In this document: positions 36,678 to 46,556 of the stretch, one piece after another
Layout: the number at the start of each line of letters is the position of its first letter
Position numbering within the stretch: position 1 is the first letter of the stretch
From: an uncultured Candidatus Saccharibacteria bacterium
GTDB taxonomy: Bacteria; Patescibacteriota; WWE3; UBA101185; UBA10185
DNA length: 64,000 nt
NCBI GenBank assembly: GCA_964490125.1
Contig: CAZBAJ010000003.1
Location: 33,941 to 97,940, forward strand
Reading direction: 5' to 3'
Program-made: the position numbers and the translations under genes
Notes under the pieces: generated by a model
Seen by the model: only the letters and a program-made list of their open reading frames with translations
What the model was told of the DNA's origin: nothing
Databases searched by the model: none

Positions 36678-37322
36678 GTGACAATACCACAAGAGGTTCT
36701 GGATAAAATTATTTTCCTTTACCAAGGCTATTCTCGTGAACATAGGGCTAGTACCCAGCCATTTCATCTGGAGAAAGTCCAAAAAGCTATAAAAGATTAT
36801 GTTTATAAGTACGACGACTTGCTTGTACGCGAACCGTTAATTGAGCATACGGGTAGCCTCCCCATCGTCGCAACAACAATCTATCCCTATATAATTAATA
36901 AAAATGTGGACTTGGGTAGAGCCTTGATTATGCTTGCCGTGCACGATATTGGCGAGCTTATAGTGGGCGATGAAATTACCTTTACAAAAAAAGGTGAAAA
37001 CGCAAAGGGTGAGAAAGAACAGGCATTGAAACTGTTGCCGGAATATTACCATGTGGCTTACTTAGAAATGGAGGAAAGGGGCAGTGACACGGCAAGATTT
37101 GCCAAGGCAGTGGACAAAATGACTCCGGATATTGTCGACTTGATGACATCTGCCGAAGTTACCGTGGAGAGGTACAAAATGTTTGTTAAAAAGAAACCGC
37201 GGGAGATCGTTCCAACTATTAAGGAATTTAAACACCCGTACATGTTGTGGGACGACTTTATGAGAGACTTGCATTTAGAGATTTTGACGAGGATTGACGA
37301 TAAGCTTAGCCCTTTCTACTGA
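36678..37322 (+). CDS. HD-domain phosphohydrolase, YfbR-like 5'-deoxynucleotidase family
   Basis: 'LAVHDIGELIVGD' is the H-D...E...GD signature of YfbR-type HD proteins. Confidence 0.6.
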   Translation: MTIPQEVLDKIIFLYQGYSREHRASTQPFHLEKVQKAIKDYVYKYDDLLVREPLIEHTGSLPIVATTIYPYIINKNVDLGRALIMLAVHDIGELIVGDEITFTKKGENAKGEKEQALKLLPEYYHVAYLEMEERGSDTARFAKAVDKMTPDIVDLMTSAEVTVERYKMFVKKKPREIVPTIKEFKHPYMLWDDFMRDLHLEILTRIDDKLSPFY

Positions 37323-37360
37323 TGTTAAAATACCCCAAGCGTTAAAATCTTAGAAGAAAA

Positions 37361-37660
37361 TCACCCGCGCATCTTAGTTGAAGTAAAAATGTAAACCTCG
37401 TTTTTTAGGGCTTGTTCTAAAAGTAGCCTTACAACATCCTCCGTAGATAGGGACTTACTTTCAGCAATACTTTTAATATTTTTAGCAAGCGCTTGTGGAA
37501 TGCTCACTAACATATTATTAGGACTAAATTTTAGATTGGGAAAACTAACCCCGTGCAAAGGCTTTGCCGTATCGAAGTAGTCAACCGCTTCGTGTTTTTC
37601 CCAGAACTCAAATTCCTCGTCTTCGTTATTAAATTTTGGATACACTTTTACTCTTTTCAT
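37361..37660 (-). CDS. BrnA/CopG-like antitoxin (N-terminal 'PKF..EE.EFWE.H...DY' motif plus C-terminal RHH)
   Basis: 'YPKFNNEDEEFEFWEKHEAVDYFD' and C-terminal 'ALAKNIKSIAESKSLSTEDVVRLLLEQAL'. No cognate BrnT-like toxin was seen next to it. Confidence 0.55.
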   Translation of the reverse strand: MKRVKVYPKFNNEDEEFEFWEKHEAVDYFDTAKPLHGVSFPNLKFSPNNMLVSIPQALAKNIKSIAESKSLSTEDVVRLLLEQALKNEVYIFTSTKMRG

Positions 37661-37677
37661 AACGCCAGTTATTACAC

Positions 37678-39474
37678 TTACTCTGACGACTTTCTTTGAG
37701 ATTTGTGCAGGGCGAGGATTTCTTTGGGCGAAGTGGTGTCGGTGGGGGATTTGTCGTCACGGAATTTAATTAGGCGGGGAAAGCGCAGGGCGTAACCACT
37801 GGTATGGGTTTGGGAAACAGATATTTCGTCTCCACCTAGTTCCACTACAATTTGCGGTTGAGTCCAAACATCCGGAATTAAGACCTTGGGTACCTTAACA
37901 TTTTTGGGCGACTCTTTTACTTTTATTTTGTCGCACCGATTTTTTAATTCTACCCACTCTTCATCCCGTAATCCCGTGCCTACTTTGGTTAATGTGGTAA
38001 AAATTTGTTCTTTACTGTCCCAAAGCCCGCAAATAAAGCCTCCAATGCCAAAATTTGCCCTGGTACCTCGTCCAAAATAATAACCCAAAACCACGCAATC
38101 AATCGTGTCCTCCAGAATATCCGTATTGGAGCGTTTCAGCTTAATCCAGCTAAATTCTCTGGCGCCGGCGCGGTAGGGCGACTTTGGGTTTTTTATCATA
38201 ATGCCTTCTAGGTTTTTTTCTTTGGACGACTCGAAAAACTGCCACAACTGCGTCGGATCCCTAGTTTCTATATGCTTGGCAACTTCCAGCACCCCGTCGC
38301 CCTCAATGGATTTTTCCAGCAGTTTATGCCGTTCTACCAAGGAAAGCGTAGTGAGTGATTTGCCGTCCAAATACAAAATGTCAAAAACTATATATTTAAG
38401 CGGAATTTGCTTGGCGTAGTCGCCCACATTGTGCTTGCGTTTGCGTTGCATCATGTCCTGAAAGGGAATATAACGGTTGGTTTTTGGGTCGTAGCCAATG
38501 GCCTCTCCGTCCAAGATAATGTTTTTTGCGGAAATTTGCTTTAGCGCCGACTCTACAATATCCGGAAATTGATATGTGTTTTCTTCTAGGTTTCTTGTAA
38601 AGGTTTTTGCCAGTACAGAGCTTTTGTTGAAAGCAAACAAGCTGTTTTGATCCAGCTTCTTGTCCAAACCCGTCTTTGTTCTATCTAAATGTAGCTGAAC
38701 CCGCGTTCCGTCTAGTTTATATTCCGCCCACGCCGTACCTTCCATTTTTTCCAAAATCTCCTCCGGGTCGCTTAGGCGTTGGGCTTTTTGAGAAAGCACG
38801 GGAACTCCGGTTTCTATGTCAATGTCGTCTAGACCTTGTAGACCTTTTTCCTTAAGAACCCTTGATATAAAGCCTATATTTGGGTGAATGTTGTAAGTTT
38901 CTTCAATTTTGCGACTTGCGGACTTGTCGCCAGAAAGGATGTTTGACAGCGCGTCTATGACAGTCTGTTCCGTAAAGCCCAGCCTAGTGGTTCCGAGTAC
39001 AATTCTTATGGTATATTTTGCCGACAGGGGGGAGAGCGCTTTTAGTAGCTCCGAAAGCGCTAGGATTTTTCTGTCCTGCGAGCCCGCTCCTTCGTCAAGA
39101 GCAATCTCACACAGCACTTTATGAATGTCAAGGATCGACTGTTTTTCACCAGTTGTCTTTGGACTTAATTTGGCTACAACATCGCCCAAGTCGCCCGCAT
39201 ACGAGTACAGTTTTTCCACCTTTTCTCTATCTACGCCGTAACAAAGCTCAAGCGCCCGCACCACCATTTTGTCGGCCATATTAAATCTAATTTGATCGTA
39301 CGGGGGATTTAGATAGCCCAGGGAAAGAAAGACGGCTTTTTCTACCTCCTGCGGGGTCAATTTGGTGATCATTTCTGCCAAAATCGCGGTTATTTCCAAT
39401 CGTTTGCTGGTTTGGTTAAGTCGTTCTAAATAGTCAGAAAAAACAGAATAGGTCATGTGAGAACATTTTATCAC
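37678..39474 (-). CDS. lig: ATP-dependent DNA ligase
   Basis: Adenylation motif I 'EYKLDGTRVQLH' (KxDG), with nucleotidyltransferase and OB domains. 598 aa. Confidence 0.85.
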   Translation of the reverse strand: MIKCSHMTYSVFSDYLERLNQTSKRLEITAILAEMITKLTPQEVEKAVFLSLGYLNPPYDQIRFNMADKMVVRALELCYGVDREKVEKLYSYAGDLGDVVAKLSPKTTGEKQSILDIHKVLCEIALDEGAGSQDRKILALSELLKALSPLSAKYTIRIVLGTTRLGFTEQTVIDALSNILSGDKSASRKIEETYNIHPNIGFISRVLKEKGLQGLDDIDIETGVPVLSQKAQRLSDPEEILEKMEGTAWAEYKLDGTRVQLHLDRTKTGLDKKLDQNSLFAFNKSSVLAKTFTRNLEENTYQFPDIVESALKQISAKNIILDGEAIGYDPKTNRYIPFQDMMQRKRKHNVGDYAKQIPLKYIVFDILYLDGKSLTTLSLVERHKLLEKSIEGDGVLEVAKHIETRDPTQLWQFFESSKEKNLEGIMIKNPKSPYRAGAREFSWIKLKRSNTDILEDTIDCVVLGYYFGRGTRANFGIGGFICGLWDSKEQIFTTLTKVGTGLRDEEWVELKNRCDKIKVKESPKNVKVPKVLIPDVWTQPQIVVELGGDEISVSQTHTSGYALRFPRLIKFRDDKSPTDTTSPKEILALHKSQRKSSE

Positions 39475-39488
39475 CGATTGACAGATTT

Positions 39489-40490
39489 TTAGCCCTTGAG
39501 TTTGTATTTGGACGACTTGGTACTGCCCACTTTCACTATCACGCCTTTGTCTATCAGTAGTTTTAAGTCACGCAAAACGGAATCTTCCGAAATTGATGGG
39601 AACAGCGAGGCAAAATCCTTGTTGATCATAGTGCCGTAATTGGATAGGAACTGAACAATGCGTTCCTGCCTTTCCGTAAGATCCGTAAGACCTTGAGCCA
39701 CGGCGGTTTTAGTGCGTCGTTCGCCCAGCATAACTTTTTCTTTAATGTCCATGGCGTCGTAGGACAAGGCTTCCGAAAAATACTCCAGCCAGTAAGTGTA
39801 ATCTCCTTCGTCCTTAAAAATTGAGTAAGTGGCTTTTTGGTACCATTGCTTATCTGCTACAAAGCGCTCCTCATATTTTAAAAAGCCGTTTACGCTATAA
39901 CCGCGCCAACGCAAAGCCATTCTGGTAAATAAATTACTCACAACGGGGTTTAAGCTTTCAAAAGCGCCGATAATTTCTAGTCGGGCACGCAAAACGCCGG
40001 CAAAAACTACCGGGTGAGTTTCCAGCGCGTCCACGCTTTGACACCAGTCCATAAGTTCCACAAGTCCGGCTAAAATTTCTTCCGGATCAATATATTTGTC
40101 AATTTTTTGCGAACGATAGGGTAGTTTTCCAAAATCGTCCATACCCACAAGCATTTGGTAAACTCGTTTTAAACCCGTGTTTGAGTAATCTTCCGGTTCA
40201 AGAGTAGTATGGTTGACCGTTTTAACGATATTGCCAAGGTCCGCTGGTACGGTTTGCAATAGTCCGTCCTGTGCCATTTTAATTTGATTGTCAGAAAAAG
40301 TTTTTCCCAGTTCTGCACAAATAGCTTTAATTAAGCAAAACTGAGCCTCTTTTTGCATACTTTCTTCTAGCGCGGGCAAAATTGGGGTGTTTTCTGCCAG
40401 GGCTTTAGCATACTCCACCGTGGCAATGTTTTTTAGGATCTTATTGGTTATGGTGTACTCGGGCAGGAACATGTAAAACAATCTTTGCAT
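39489..40490 (-). CDS. Fic/DOC-family protein with C-terminal winged-helix domain (degenerate Fic motif)
   Basis: 'ETHPVVFAGVLRARLEIIGAFESLNP' sits where HPFx[DE]GNGR is expected. The C-terminal wHTH reads 'LTERQERIVQFLSNYGTMINKDFASLF...LRDLKLLIDKGVIVKVG'. Confidence 0.5.
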   Translation of the reverse strand: MQRLFYMFLPEYTITNKILKNIATVEYAKALAENTPILPALEESMQKEAQFCLIKAICAELGKTFSDNQIKMAQDGLLQTVPADLGNIVKTVNHTTLEPEDYSNTGLKRVYQMLVGMDDFGKLPYRSQKIDKYIDPEEILAGLVELMDWCQSVDALETHPVVFAGVLRARLEIIGAFESLNPVVSNLFTRMALRWRGYSVNGFLKYEERFVADKQWYQKATYSIFKDEGDYTYWLEYFSEALSYDAMDIKEKVMLGERRTKTAVAQGLTDLTERQERIVQFLSNYGTMINKDFASLFPSISEDSVLRDLKLLIDKGVIVKVGSTKSSKYKLKG

Positions 40491-40534
40491 ATTTCCCGCA
40501 GGGTGTAAATAGCTTGTAGAGTTACGCAGGTGCG

Positions 40535-41637
40535 TTAGAGAAGTATAGTGTTTTGTGGTGTTATGTCGGGGTGGGTTGAGGTAATAATAGTTTGTTGGTT
40601 TTGGACGACTTTAGTCAGCGCAGTTTTATGGTCTTCGTCCAGTTCGGAGAAAATATCGTCTAGCAGCAAAACCGGCTTTGCGGACGTTTTTAAGGCGACA
40701 ATATCCAGCTCCAGAACTTTAAGCGACAAGACGGCTGTTCTTTGTTGACCGCGGGAGCCGTAGTTGGCAATATTGTAGTCGGACAGCAAAAAGTCAAAAT
40801 CATCCCGATGCGGACCTACCAGCGTGGTTTTGGCGTAAATTTCGTGGTCGGCGTGCTTTTCCAGTCGCTCCGGGGTTAGTTGGTTGACTTTGTAATTGAC
40901 GGAAGTTTTTTGGGTTTGGTTTGAGATGCTGGAAAAAGTCTGTTCTATTCCTTGGTTTAGGCTCTGGATCATTTCCTGGCGTTTTTCTTGGATGTAAACA
41001 CCGCTAGAGAGAATTTTATCCGTCCAAAACGGCAGTTCCTCTTGTCCTCTGCCCGTCTTATTAATTTTTTCCAAAACCTTGTTTCTTTGGCGAAGGGCTT
41101 TTGTGTATAGCATGTGTTCTTTTTTGTATTTTTGGTCGATTTTATAAAGCAGGTCGTCTAAAAAGCGTCGTCTAAAAGCAGGTGAGCCGGTAAATAGTTC
41201 CAAATCGTGTGGGGTAAATAGGACCACATTAAAAATGCCGGCGGTTTCGTAAATTCTTTTGGCGGTACCGTTTAGTTTATAGGTTTTTTGACTAAAATTT
41301 GTATCCGGATTTTCCCTGACTATGGTAATTTCAACGCTGTCTTGGTCTGCACCGGTTTGGATTAGTCCTGTAACCTTGGCAAATTCTTTGGTTGTTAAAG
41401 CGCCGTCAAAAACCTCGCCAATATCTTTTGTCCGACCAAAAATAGTAGGATTGTAAATCATCTCATGATCGTAGCGGGCTTTAAAGGATTTCCCCGTTGA
41501 CAAAAGGTTTACTGCCTCCAAAATATTGGTTTTACCTGCGCCGTTTGGTCCAACAATTAAAGTTACTCCGTCGCCAAAGCGCGCTGTAAAATTCTTGTGG
41601 TTCCTAAAATTGGTTAGTTTAAGCTCTGTTATAGTCA
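40535..41637 (-). CDS. recF: DNA replication and repair protein RecF
   Basis: Walker A 'GPNGAGKTNILEA' and N-terminus 'VTITELKLTNFRNH' (RecF consensus). Start proposed at the GTG at about 41637, just after the fpg stop. The ATG at 41694 would overlap fpg by about 50 nt. Confidence 0.75.
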
Positions 41638-41645
41638 CTTTTAAC

Positions 41646-42479
41646 TTACGGGGTAAGGATTTGGCAATTTGGACAAAAATATGTACCCCGCCCATTTAAC
41701 TTTTTGAACTGTACTTTGCTTTGACAGTCGGGGCAGTGTGTTTTTCCGTAAATTCTAAAATGATTTTGATGACTGCCGGGTTTTCCAAAGACATCAACAT
41801 ACGCTTCATCCGGTAAAGTGGATCCGCGGTGAGTAATGCCTTCCAGTAAAATCTCTTTGGCAGATTTGAGTAAAGCTTGTGCTTGTTTTAGCAAAATCTC
41901 TTGGGTTTTAGCTTCTGGGTGGATTCTTGCCATCCACAAGGCGTCCGTGGCGTAAATGTTTCCCAGTCCCGCAACAATTGTTTGGTCTAGCAAAGCGTTT
42001 TTAATATTTGTTCTCTTTGACCGCAACCTAGTCAAAAAAACTTCTGTGGTAATTTCTTCCAGCACCACATCCGGTCCGTATTTTTGCTTAAGTTTGTGGA
42101 CTCCTGCGGCGTCCAGCACGCCAGTTTTGCCAAACATCCGCGCGTCGCAAAACCTTAATAACTTAATTTTATCTTCGTTAGACAAGGTTAGTTGGACTTT
42201 TTGATGCGGAGCTTTTGGCGAATTATTGTCCTGCAGTAAGAGTCGCCCGGTCATAGCCAAATGAAAAGTTAAAAAACTGCCGTTACTTAATTTTATAACA
42301 ATGTTTTTTCCGACTCTCCCAACCTTGTTGACAAGCGATCCTGTTAGCAGTTGGGCGTAAATTTTATTCTCTGGGATAGTATTGTACCCATGTTCAATTT
42401 CTACTTTGTCTATACGCCAATCAACAAGGTTTTTCTTTAAATCACTGGCTATGATGTGGACTTCAGGCAGTTCCGGCAT
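41646..42479 (-). CDS. mutM: Formamidopyrimidine-DNA glycosylase (Fpg/MutM)
   Basis: Obligate N-terminus 'MPELPEV' (catalytic Pro2) and C-terminal zinc finger 'CPDCQ...CPNCQ'. Start set at the Met-Pro at 42479. Confidence 0.8.
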   Translation of the reverse strand: MPELPEVHIIASDLKKNLVDWRIDKVEIEHGYNTIPENKIYAQLLTGSLVNKVGRVGKNIVIKLSNGSFLTFHLAMTGRLLLQDNNSPKAPHQKVQLTLSNEDKIKLLRFCDARMFGKTGVLDAAGVHKLKQKYGPDVVLEEITTEVFLTRLRSKRTNIKNALLDQTIVAGLGNIYATDALWMARIHPEAKTQEILLKQAQALLKSAKEILLEGITHRGSTLPDEAYVDVFGKPGSHQNHFRIYGKTHCPDCQSKVQFKKLNGRGTYFCPNCQILTP

Positions 42480-43731
42480 TTTGCAAGTCCTCCCATTTTT
42501 GTCTAACAAAGTCGCCAAACTCTTGTTTAAATCGTTCTGTACTAAATTTTTGGACGGAGTTAATAGCTTTTTGGCTGTCGTACAAGCCCGCGTCTATGTT
42601 TTTGTCAAACTCTATAATTTTTTGCGACAGGTGTTGGGGCAAAAGCTCGTCAAAAAACATACCTGTTACACCTTCCTGCACAATTTCCAGCGGACCTCCG
42701 GAACGATGACACAAAACCGGCTTGCCGTAAGACAGGGCTTCCACCGGCACAATGCCAAAATCCTCGTGATCGGTGGGGAAGATAAAGCCTTTGCAATTTG
42801 CCAGCAGTTCTTGTTTTTGGTCGTTTGTGACAAAGCCTAAAAGCTCGATATTCTGCGTCTTAAGTAATAAATCCTGTCCAAGTACGGCTTTAGGTTCCGC
42901 GTCGATTCTGGGCCTTGTCAAAATTTCCGTTTTTGTTTGGGCTATTTCTCTAAGGCGTTTTTCTTCTTTACCTGTACCGGCGATTTTTAGTTTTAGGTTA
43001 GTGAGTTTAAACGCCTGGATTAATAAGTCGATGTTTTTATATGCTGCTAGACGGGAGATGCACAGGTAGTAACCGTCAGTCATATTATTAGGGGCTCGCA
43101 GGCGATGTCCATAAGCAGAAACTTGCGAAGCTCGTGACTGCGATGGACTCGCCAAGAGCCCCGACATGTCAACCGGAGGATAGATCACCACCGAATCCCG
43201 TCCATAAAACTTTTGTACTCGTTTAGCCACTTCTTGTGAGTTTAGCAGTATGTAATCCGGTCTTTGACTTGCGCAGTAGTCCCAGATGAGTAGAAAATGA
43301 TCGATAATTTTTAAAACCGGTTTAAAGTACCACTTTTCTCTTTTTTGACCTTCTGTGGCATAGCCATATAAAAACCTCGGTGGGGTATGAATATACGCAA
43401 CATGCAACTGTTGCGGATTTGTAATCACGCCCTTTGCCCAAATGACGCCCTCGCTTATTACAACATCGTAGTTTCTCAAATCAAAGCTCTCAAAGATAAA
43501 AGGCATCAGAAAACTTAGCCAAGTAGGCAAAGTTCTGCTAATTATCTTGTGCTCAAGTATTTTTTGACTAATATTTTTTGGTCGATAAATTCCTGTATAG
43601 ATGTCCGCTTGGGGGAAAATATCCAAAATCGCCTCTAAAGTCCGTTCCGCCCCGCCATATTGGGTTAGTTGGTCGCGAACAATGGCAATTTTTAAGTCGA
43701 CAAAATTTTTCACCCAAATATTATTGCACAT
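42463..43731 (-). CDS. GT4 (group 1) glycosyltransferase
   Basis: N-terminal 'IAIVRDQLTQYGGAERT' and a C-terminal GT-B domain with E...E motifs ('HEDFGIVPVEALSYGKP'). Confidence 0.75.
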   Translation of the reverse strand: MCNNIWVKNFVDLKIAIVRDQLTQYGGAERTLEAILDIFPQADIYTGIYRPKNISQKILEHKIISRTLPTWLSFLMPFIFESFDLRNYDVVISEGVIWAKGVITNPQQLHVAYIHTPPRFLYGYATEGQKREKWYFKPVLKIIDHFLLIWDYCASQRPDYILLNSQEVAKRVQKFYGRDSVVIYPPVDMSGLLASPSQSRASQVSAYGHRLRAPNNMTDGYYLCISRLAAYKNIDLLIQAFKLTNLKLKIAGTGKEEKRLREIAQTKTEILTRPRIDAEPKAVLGQDLLLKTQNIELLGFVTNDQKQELLANCKGFIFPTDHEDFGIVPVEALSYGKPVLCHRSGGPLEIVQEGVTGMFFDELLPQHLSQKIIEFDKNIDAGLYDSQKAINSVQKFSTERFKQEFGDFVRQKWEDLQNAGTA

Positions 43732-43758
43732 TCGCGTTTTTTATGTTTTTATTAACGC

Positions 43759-44232
43759 ATGTCCAAAGGATTTGCCCATCCTTATTTAATTGTTGCCGTA
43801 CTGGTAATTATTGGTGCCGGTGTAGCAGTTTTTGCCGGTTCTCCTAGACTAGCAGGACTTGTTTTGGGTACCAAGTCGTACGACACAAAAAACTATCAAA
43901 ACAAGGTGGACGGACTTAAAGTCACCGTAATTTCTCCAAACGCTTCTTGGGATTTAATGCAGTATGTGTGTAAGACGCGCGACGAGTGTGAGAAATCTCC
44001 CACCAGTGGAAAGTGGTGGGCAACGGTAAGTGGCGCCCCCACAACCGAGGATGGTCATGAGGTATTTATAGAAAAATCATCAGGTTGGGCGGATTATGGG
44101 TTTCTGAAGGTGGTCGTGCGACAGGCGAACCCAGTCAGTCAGTATCTTGACCCTGTTGGTTATTCTGGTAAGTCTTTGGTTGTGAGTATATTAGATCTGG
44201 ACAGCGCTGATAGGGATATTATTTTTAAATAG
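43759..44232 (+). CDS. Hypothetical membrane-anchored (N-terminal transmembrane) extracytoplasmic protein
   Basis: 157 aa. N-terminal hydrophobic helix 'YLIVAVLVIIGAGVAVFAG'. Two Cys residues. Confidence 0.4.
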   Translation: MSKGFAHPYLIVAVLVIIGAGVAVFAGSPRLAGLVLGTKSYDTKNYQNKVDGLKVTVISPNASWDLMQYVCKTRDECEKSPTSGKWWATVSGAPTTEDGHEVFIEKSSGWADYGFLKVVVRQANPVSQYLDPVGYSGKSLVVSILDLDSADRDIIFK

Positions 44233-44258
44233 GTTTCACTTTGTGCTATAAATAAATT

Positions 44259-45845
44259 ATGCCCAACATTGTTGAATCTCCCTTTGTAGGTGGCAAAGTT
44301 TTTGATCCCAAGCAGGAATTACACTCTCTGACCGCAGGTCAAGAACATTATTCCTATGAAGCTGTTGAGGATTTCAAACATAAATACGAATTCCAAACCC
44401 AGGGTCTAGCACAACTTGAGGAGGAAATCGTTGATGCTTTGGAAAAGAACCTAAGGACAACCAAAGAAACATTGATGGTAATGTTGGCAGAGAGATCGCA
44501 CGATCTTGGATTAACAGGGGAACAAAGTTTACTGGCATCTTCCTTAATTGGCGAATTTATGAACAGGCACGCTGCTGTAATGGATGTTTATGACAGGCAT
44601 AACGGAGATCCAAAGGCAATTTATCAGGAAGTATTTGGCAGAGAAGCCGTAGGTGATGTCGAGACGATTCTCGGTCCCTCCGTACTGTATTTTAGATGTC
44701 ATAGCGAGGATGACTACGCTTTGATATATAGTCAAAAGTTCTTAGCAACGGGGCAACCTCTGACAGAGGAGGATAAAAGGATTGCAAACAATTCTGGTGG
44801 TGCAAGTATACAAACCGCCCTTAGTCCATCTTTACAGGGAGCGTTAATTGCGGAAAACGCACACGGTAGACCCTACGATGGTGTAGCAAGGGAGATTTAC
44901 GAACATGAAAAAAGGCACGCACTCAACAAATTCTTTTTAGAGCGGGGAACGGCGATTAATAGATTTTACGAGATGAAGAATGCCAAAACACCGGAAGAGC
45001 GGGATTTTGCAATGAAGCAATATCTACGATTTATCAGAAGTGGGCAAGAAAGCCGTGCTGCCGATGAACTACTCGCTTATTCTAGTACTGGTAATGAGTC
45101 GCAGTATATTTTGGATACGCTAACTCGTAAAAAGGCTGACGGAGGGCTTTATGACTATTTTGCGGATTATGTAGGTAGCGACTCAACTGGCGGGGGGGGG
45201 CAGATGGAGGAATTTCTTATCAGTATACTGGGTTCGGAAAATAGGCAAAAAATACGAGATGCCATACAGCAGGTATTTGTGGATGAGTATAGGCGAGAAC
45301 TTACAAGAGGTATAGATTCGATCAAACGGCTTACTAGCAGGGGCTACTCACCCCAAGAAGCAACCTCGATTTTAGGGAGGACACCCCTTACAGAATGGAC
45401 GAAAATTAGCAGTCGTTTAGCTGCGGAAAGGTACTTACCGCGAGAGAAATTTTGGCTACCCGGCAACAAAGGTATTAAAGTAGTTGTTGCCGACAGCGAT
45501 GGTCAATTTTATGGTGATGTTGAATTAGCAAGGTACAACCCGTATACCGGTTTACCGGAATATGGGACCATGCGGGACGATCCTGCAGGTAACATTGATT
45601 CCATGCCTGTTGACGATCTTAAAGCTATTAATTATCCATTCAAAACACCTGATTTGTGGTATGAGGTTTGGATGCGTTCTGGAGGGGACCCTGCGGTGAA
45701 AGAAAGCCTAAATCTCGATTTTACCTCTACCCAAGAGATTTCTGCTGATGTTGCATGGGGAAAATTTAGAAGATACTGCAAACCCGATAGTAGGGCTCTT
45801 CGTGTTTTTAATACATATCGGAGGTTACTTCGTGAGGCGTATTAA
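44259..45845 (+). CDS. Large hypothetical protein (528 aa) with a single HExxH (HEKRH)
   Basis: No transmembrane segment. 'EIYEHEKRHALNKFFLERG' contains a potential zincin motif. There is an internal G9 homopolymer at 45192-45200. Confidence 0.45.
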   Translation: MPNIVESPFVGGKVFDPKQELHSLTAGQEHYSYEAVEDFKHKYEFQTQGLAQLEEEIVDALEKNLRTTKETLMVMLAERSHDLGLTGEQSLLASSLIGEFMNRHAAVMDVYDRHNGDPKAIYQEVFGREAVGDVETILGPSVLYFRCHSEDDYALIYSQKFLATGQPLTEEDKRIANNSGGASIQTALSPSLQGALIAENAHGRPYDGVAREIYEHEKRHALNKFFLERGTAINRFYEMKNAKTPEERDFAMKQYLRFIRSGQESRAADELLAYSSTGNESQYILDTLTRKKADGGLYDYFADYVGSDSTGGGGQMEEFLISILGSENRQKIRDAIQQVFVDEYRRELTRGIDSIKRLTSRGYSPQEATSILGRTPLTEWTKISSRLAAERYLPREKFWLPGNKGIKVVVADSDGQFYGDVELARYNPYTGLPEYGTMRDDPAGNIDSMPVDDLKAINYPFKTPDLWYEVWMRSGGDPAVKESLNLDFTSTQEISADVAWGKFRRYCKPDSRALRVFNTYRRLLREAY

Positions 45846-45917
45846 AATCGTTTATTAAAAAAGTGAGGATACGAATTAATTTTGGTGAAATACGAGTTTT
45901 GTTGCTAAACTAATCTT

Positions 45918-46445
45918 ATGCAAATCCTCGCCCGAAATTCGGTTTTATGGGAATACCTTTCGCCTGAGCAACAAGGCTTGGTGCAAGACGGCGAGCTTTT
46001 AATGGAGCAGGCGCACAAAATGCCTCACGGTGTCTCCGATTATTCTTATCTTGTTTTCCCTTTTTCCAAAGCCTATGAGGGCTTTTTAAAAAAGCTGTTT
46101 TTGGACATGAAGCTGATGCGTCCGGAGGATTATTACGGCGAGGACATTAGAATCGGCAAAATTTTGAATCCGCATTTTACCAAAGAGCACGACTCTGTTT
46201 ATAACCGCGTTTGCAAGGGCGCCTTAGAAAACGGAGAAAATATTGTAGCAGCACGACTTTGGAACACCTGGAAAAAAGGGCGTAATCTGGTTTTTCATTA
46301 CTTTCCTCACAATTTTAGGCGACTTTCTTACGACGAGGCAAAAGGGATTATTGAGGAAATTGTTGGTTCTATGAGTTTTGCCATGGAAAAGTGCGATCTT
46401 CCTGTTTATAAGTCAGAAAAGGTAGATTCTTTAGTTCTGTCTTGA
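45918..46445 (+). CDS. HEPN-domain protein (R-N-x3-H motif)
   Basis: 'WKKGRNLVFHYFPH' contains the canonical R[NDH]xxxH HEPN motif near the C-terminus of a helical, roughly 175 aa protein. Confidence 0.5.
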   Translation: MQILARNSVLWEYLSPEQQGLVQDGELLMEQAHKMPHGVSDYSYLVFPFSKAYEGFLKKLFLDMKLMRPEDYYGEDIRIGKILNPHFTKEHDSVYNRVCKGALENGENIVAARLWNTWKKGRNLVFHYFPHNFRRLSYDEAKGIIEEIVGSMSFAMEKCDLPVYKSEKVDSLVLS

Positions 46446-46448
46446 GAC

Positions 46449-46519
46449 TTGCCTGCGATTTGAGGAGTCGGGCGTCCGCCATGGGCGGACAGGGACCCGC
46501 GACGAAAAACGCAGGCAGG
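46449..46519. repeat. GC-rich palindromic mini-element, intergenic copy (HEPN gene / mnmA spacer)
   Basis: ttgcctgcg-atttgaggagtcgggcgtccgccatgggcggacagggacccgcgacga-aaaa-cgcaggcagg. It has outer inverted repeats and an inner perfect hairpin gtccgcc/ggcggac. The core is shared with the copy at 46965-47039. Confidence 0.6.
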
Positions 46520-46556
46520 TCGAGAATAATTCTTGTCGATGAGCTACAATCTCCCC

